Shown: in pieces, positions 62,808 to 64,000 of the stretch | Numbering within the stretch: the stretch's first letter is position 1 | How the letters are laid out: the number at the start of each line of letters is the position of its first letter | NCBI GenBank assembly: GCA_017631325.1 | Contig: JAGBTM010000008.1 | Location: 33,645 to 97,644 of the forward strand | From: Clostridia bacterium | GTDB taxonomy: Bacteria > Bacillota > Clostridia > Oscillospirales > CAG-272 | DNA length: 64,000 nucleotides | Reading direction: 5' to 3' | The notes under the pieces: generated by a model | What the model was told of the DNA's origin: nothing | Database searches by the model: none | The model's input: the letters and a program-made list of their open reading frames with translations, nothing else | Program-made: the position numbers and the translations under genes

Positions 62808-64000
62808 TTAAAAATCAGCATCGCAAAAGCGCTCGATTACCTCTTCGGGCGCAAGTCGGTCTTGGGCGTACGCATCTCTCAGAAGCTCAGGTGGAATAAA
62901 CTCGTCGTACTTATCGTAAACGGGAGATTCACCGCTGAAAACAAGCTCGGCTGTATCAAGTCCGTCGCGCTTTATAATAGAAGCGACGTGCGTAGCAATT
63001 TCCCTGCCGAGCGATACGTCCTTTGCCTTAAAGGTTATATAACAGCACCCCTCGCTCTGTATATCGAATATTCCAAGCTCTGAGGAATATTTCTGCATAA
63101 GGCGTCTGAGAGTTCTGAAGGAACGGGTGCCGAGCCACGGAAACATAGCAAAGCTTTGGCCACCGAGGAAAACAACCGTTTTTTCTTCCAGCCCTGCGTT
63201 TTTTGCAACTCGTCTTGCGTTGTCAAGCCTTGCCTTAGCGTTATCGCCAAGGTATGCATAGCTCTTATTACCGCAAAGCACCTTTTTCATAGCGACAAGG
63301 AGCTTGGTGTGTATTTCACCACTGTCACCGGGCCAGGATATTTCCATTTTTCCCTCGACGCTCTTGACGAATATCAGCTTTCGAGCGATATCCAGCTCCT
63401 TTACCTCCCATACCCTGCCCGCCAAGGCAAATCTGTCGCCAAGGGGAGGCGGTGTGGTAATGGTGCCTATTTCCTCAGAGTCGCATCTGACGGTATAATC
63501 CTCGCTATCCTTAAAAACAGCGTAGAATTTATAGGAATTGATAATTCTTTCTCCCCGAAGTCCGACTATAAGTCCCTTTTGCTCGGTGAGTTCAAGATAG
63601 TCGTTATTTATCATTGAAACGAGAAGCGCGCGATAGGTTTCTTTAGAAAGCGCTGAGAGTGGTGGAAGAGAAAGAATTTTCGCTGCTAACACCTTAGGGG
63701 GCTGCTCTCCACTCGATACGAGAAGAGAGAGCGTTTGGTGAAATGCCAGTGAAAGAGGCATTTTCTTAATTTTCGGCGGCTCGATAAAGCGCTCCTCGGA
63801 ATACAGGTCGATAATGGCTATCGCGCGAAGAAGCTCCCACGGAATAATCTCGGGAAGCGGAGCGTTTGGAAGCGGAGTATCCTCCCTGAACACCATAATC
63901 ATTTCAGGGGGAGTTCCGCGTCTGCCCGAGCGTCCAAGACGCTGTAAAAATCCCGAAACGGTCGTGGGTGAGCCCATTTGCGAAACTCTGTCAAGTCTGC
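62808..64000 (-). CDS. Lhr-like DEAD/DEAH-box helicase, partial (N-terminus beyond the window end)
   Basis: The frame stays open upstream of the track start (…LDRVSQMGSPTTV). Helicase motif VI is QRLGRSGRR, followed by a long C-terminal Lhr/DEAD-associated-type region. Confidence 0.78.
   Translation of the reverse strand, partial: RLDRVSQMGSPTTVSGFLQRLGRSGRRGTPPEMIMVFREDTPLPNAPLPEIIPWELLRAIAIIDLYSEERFIEPPKIKKMPLSLAFHQTLSLLVSSGEQPPKVLAAKILSLPPLSALSKETYRALLVSMINNDYLELTEQKGLIVGLRGERIINSYKFYAVFKDSEDYTVRCDSEEIGTITTPPPLGDRFALAGRVWEVKELDIARKLIFVKSVEGKMEISWPGDSGEIHTKLLVAMKKVLCGNKSYAYLGDNAKARLDNARRVAKNAGLEEKTVVFLGGQSFAMFPWLGTRSFRTLRRLMQKYSSELGIFDIQSEGCCYITFKAKDVSLGREIATHVASIIKRDGLDTAELVFSGESPVYDKYDEFIPPELLRDAYAQDRLAPEEVIERFCDADF

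Overview
This 64-kb window reads as core chromosome from a moderate-GC Bacillota genome, probably Clostridia-like, judged from gene content and synteny only. About 55 protein genes are densely packed in nine alternating strand blocks. Recognisable syntenic blocks are: yybS-gdpP-rplI-dnaB (minus); recG, rarA, a DAG-kinase-family gene and comEC (plus); a long minus block (Fe-ADH, mrp, clpE-like, cvpA, dnaE, whiA, murB, recN, argR, nadK, tlyA, xseB, xseA, a TsaD/Kae1 paralog, nusB); ruvA-ruvB (plus); rpe, ispF, ispD (minus); a dcw cluster mraZ-rsmH-(FtsL-slot gene)-PBP-murE-murF-mraY-ftsW-murG-ftsZ (plus); a MreB-like gene, recD2 and metK with a textbook SAM-I riboswitch (minus); a synthase-type GT2 plus wecB (plus); and pfk, a SOD-like gene, hslO, a methyltransferase and a partial Lhr-like helicase (minus). 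I found no rRNA or tRNA genes, no CRISPR array, no cas genes, no integrase or transposase, and no recognisable defence or toxin system. The most unusual stretch is a roughly 1.35-kb ORF-free, AT-rich island between two convergent terminators just downstream of ftsZ (47.49-48.84 kb). It has three internal architectures: three repeats at exact 35-bp spacing; a same-strand cluster of DnaA-box-like 9-mers with one perfect TTATCCACA next to a palindrome; and an array of degenerate A-tract units with a period near 23 bp spanning about 400 bp. Its function is unknown and I can only offer competing hypotheses. The only accessory-looking DNA is at 54.1-56.2 kb. It holds a 5'-truncated, frameshifted remnant of a phage/ICE-type polyvalent protein (HExxH zincin plus a nuclease-like module) with an internal 172-bp direct repeat, a 73-nt near-perfect hairpin at the truncation junction, and an orphan consensus promoter driving a short structured transcript. 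Many intergenic spacers in the window contain local tandem degenerate repeats of 18-35 nt. All calls come from reading the sequence and the ORF track. No database search was run.
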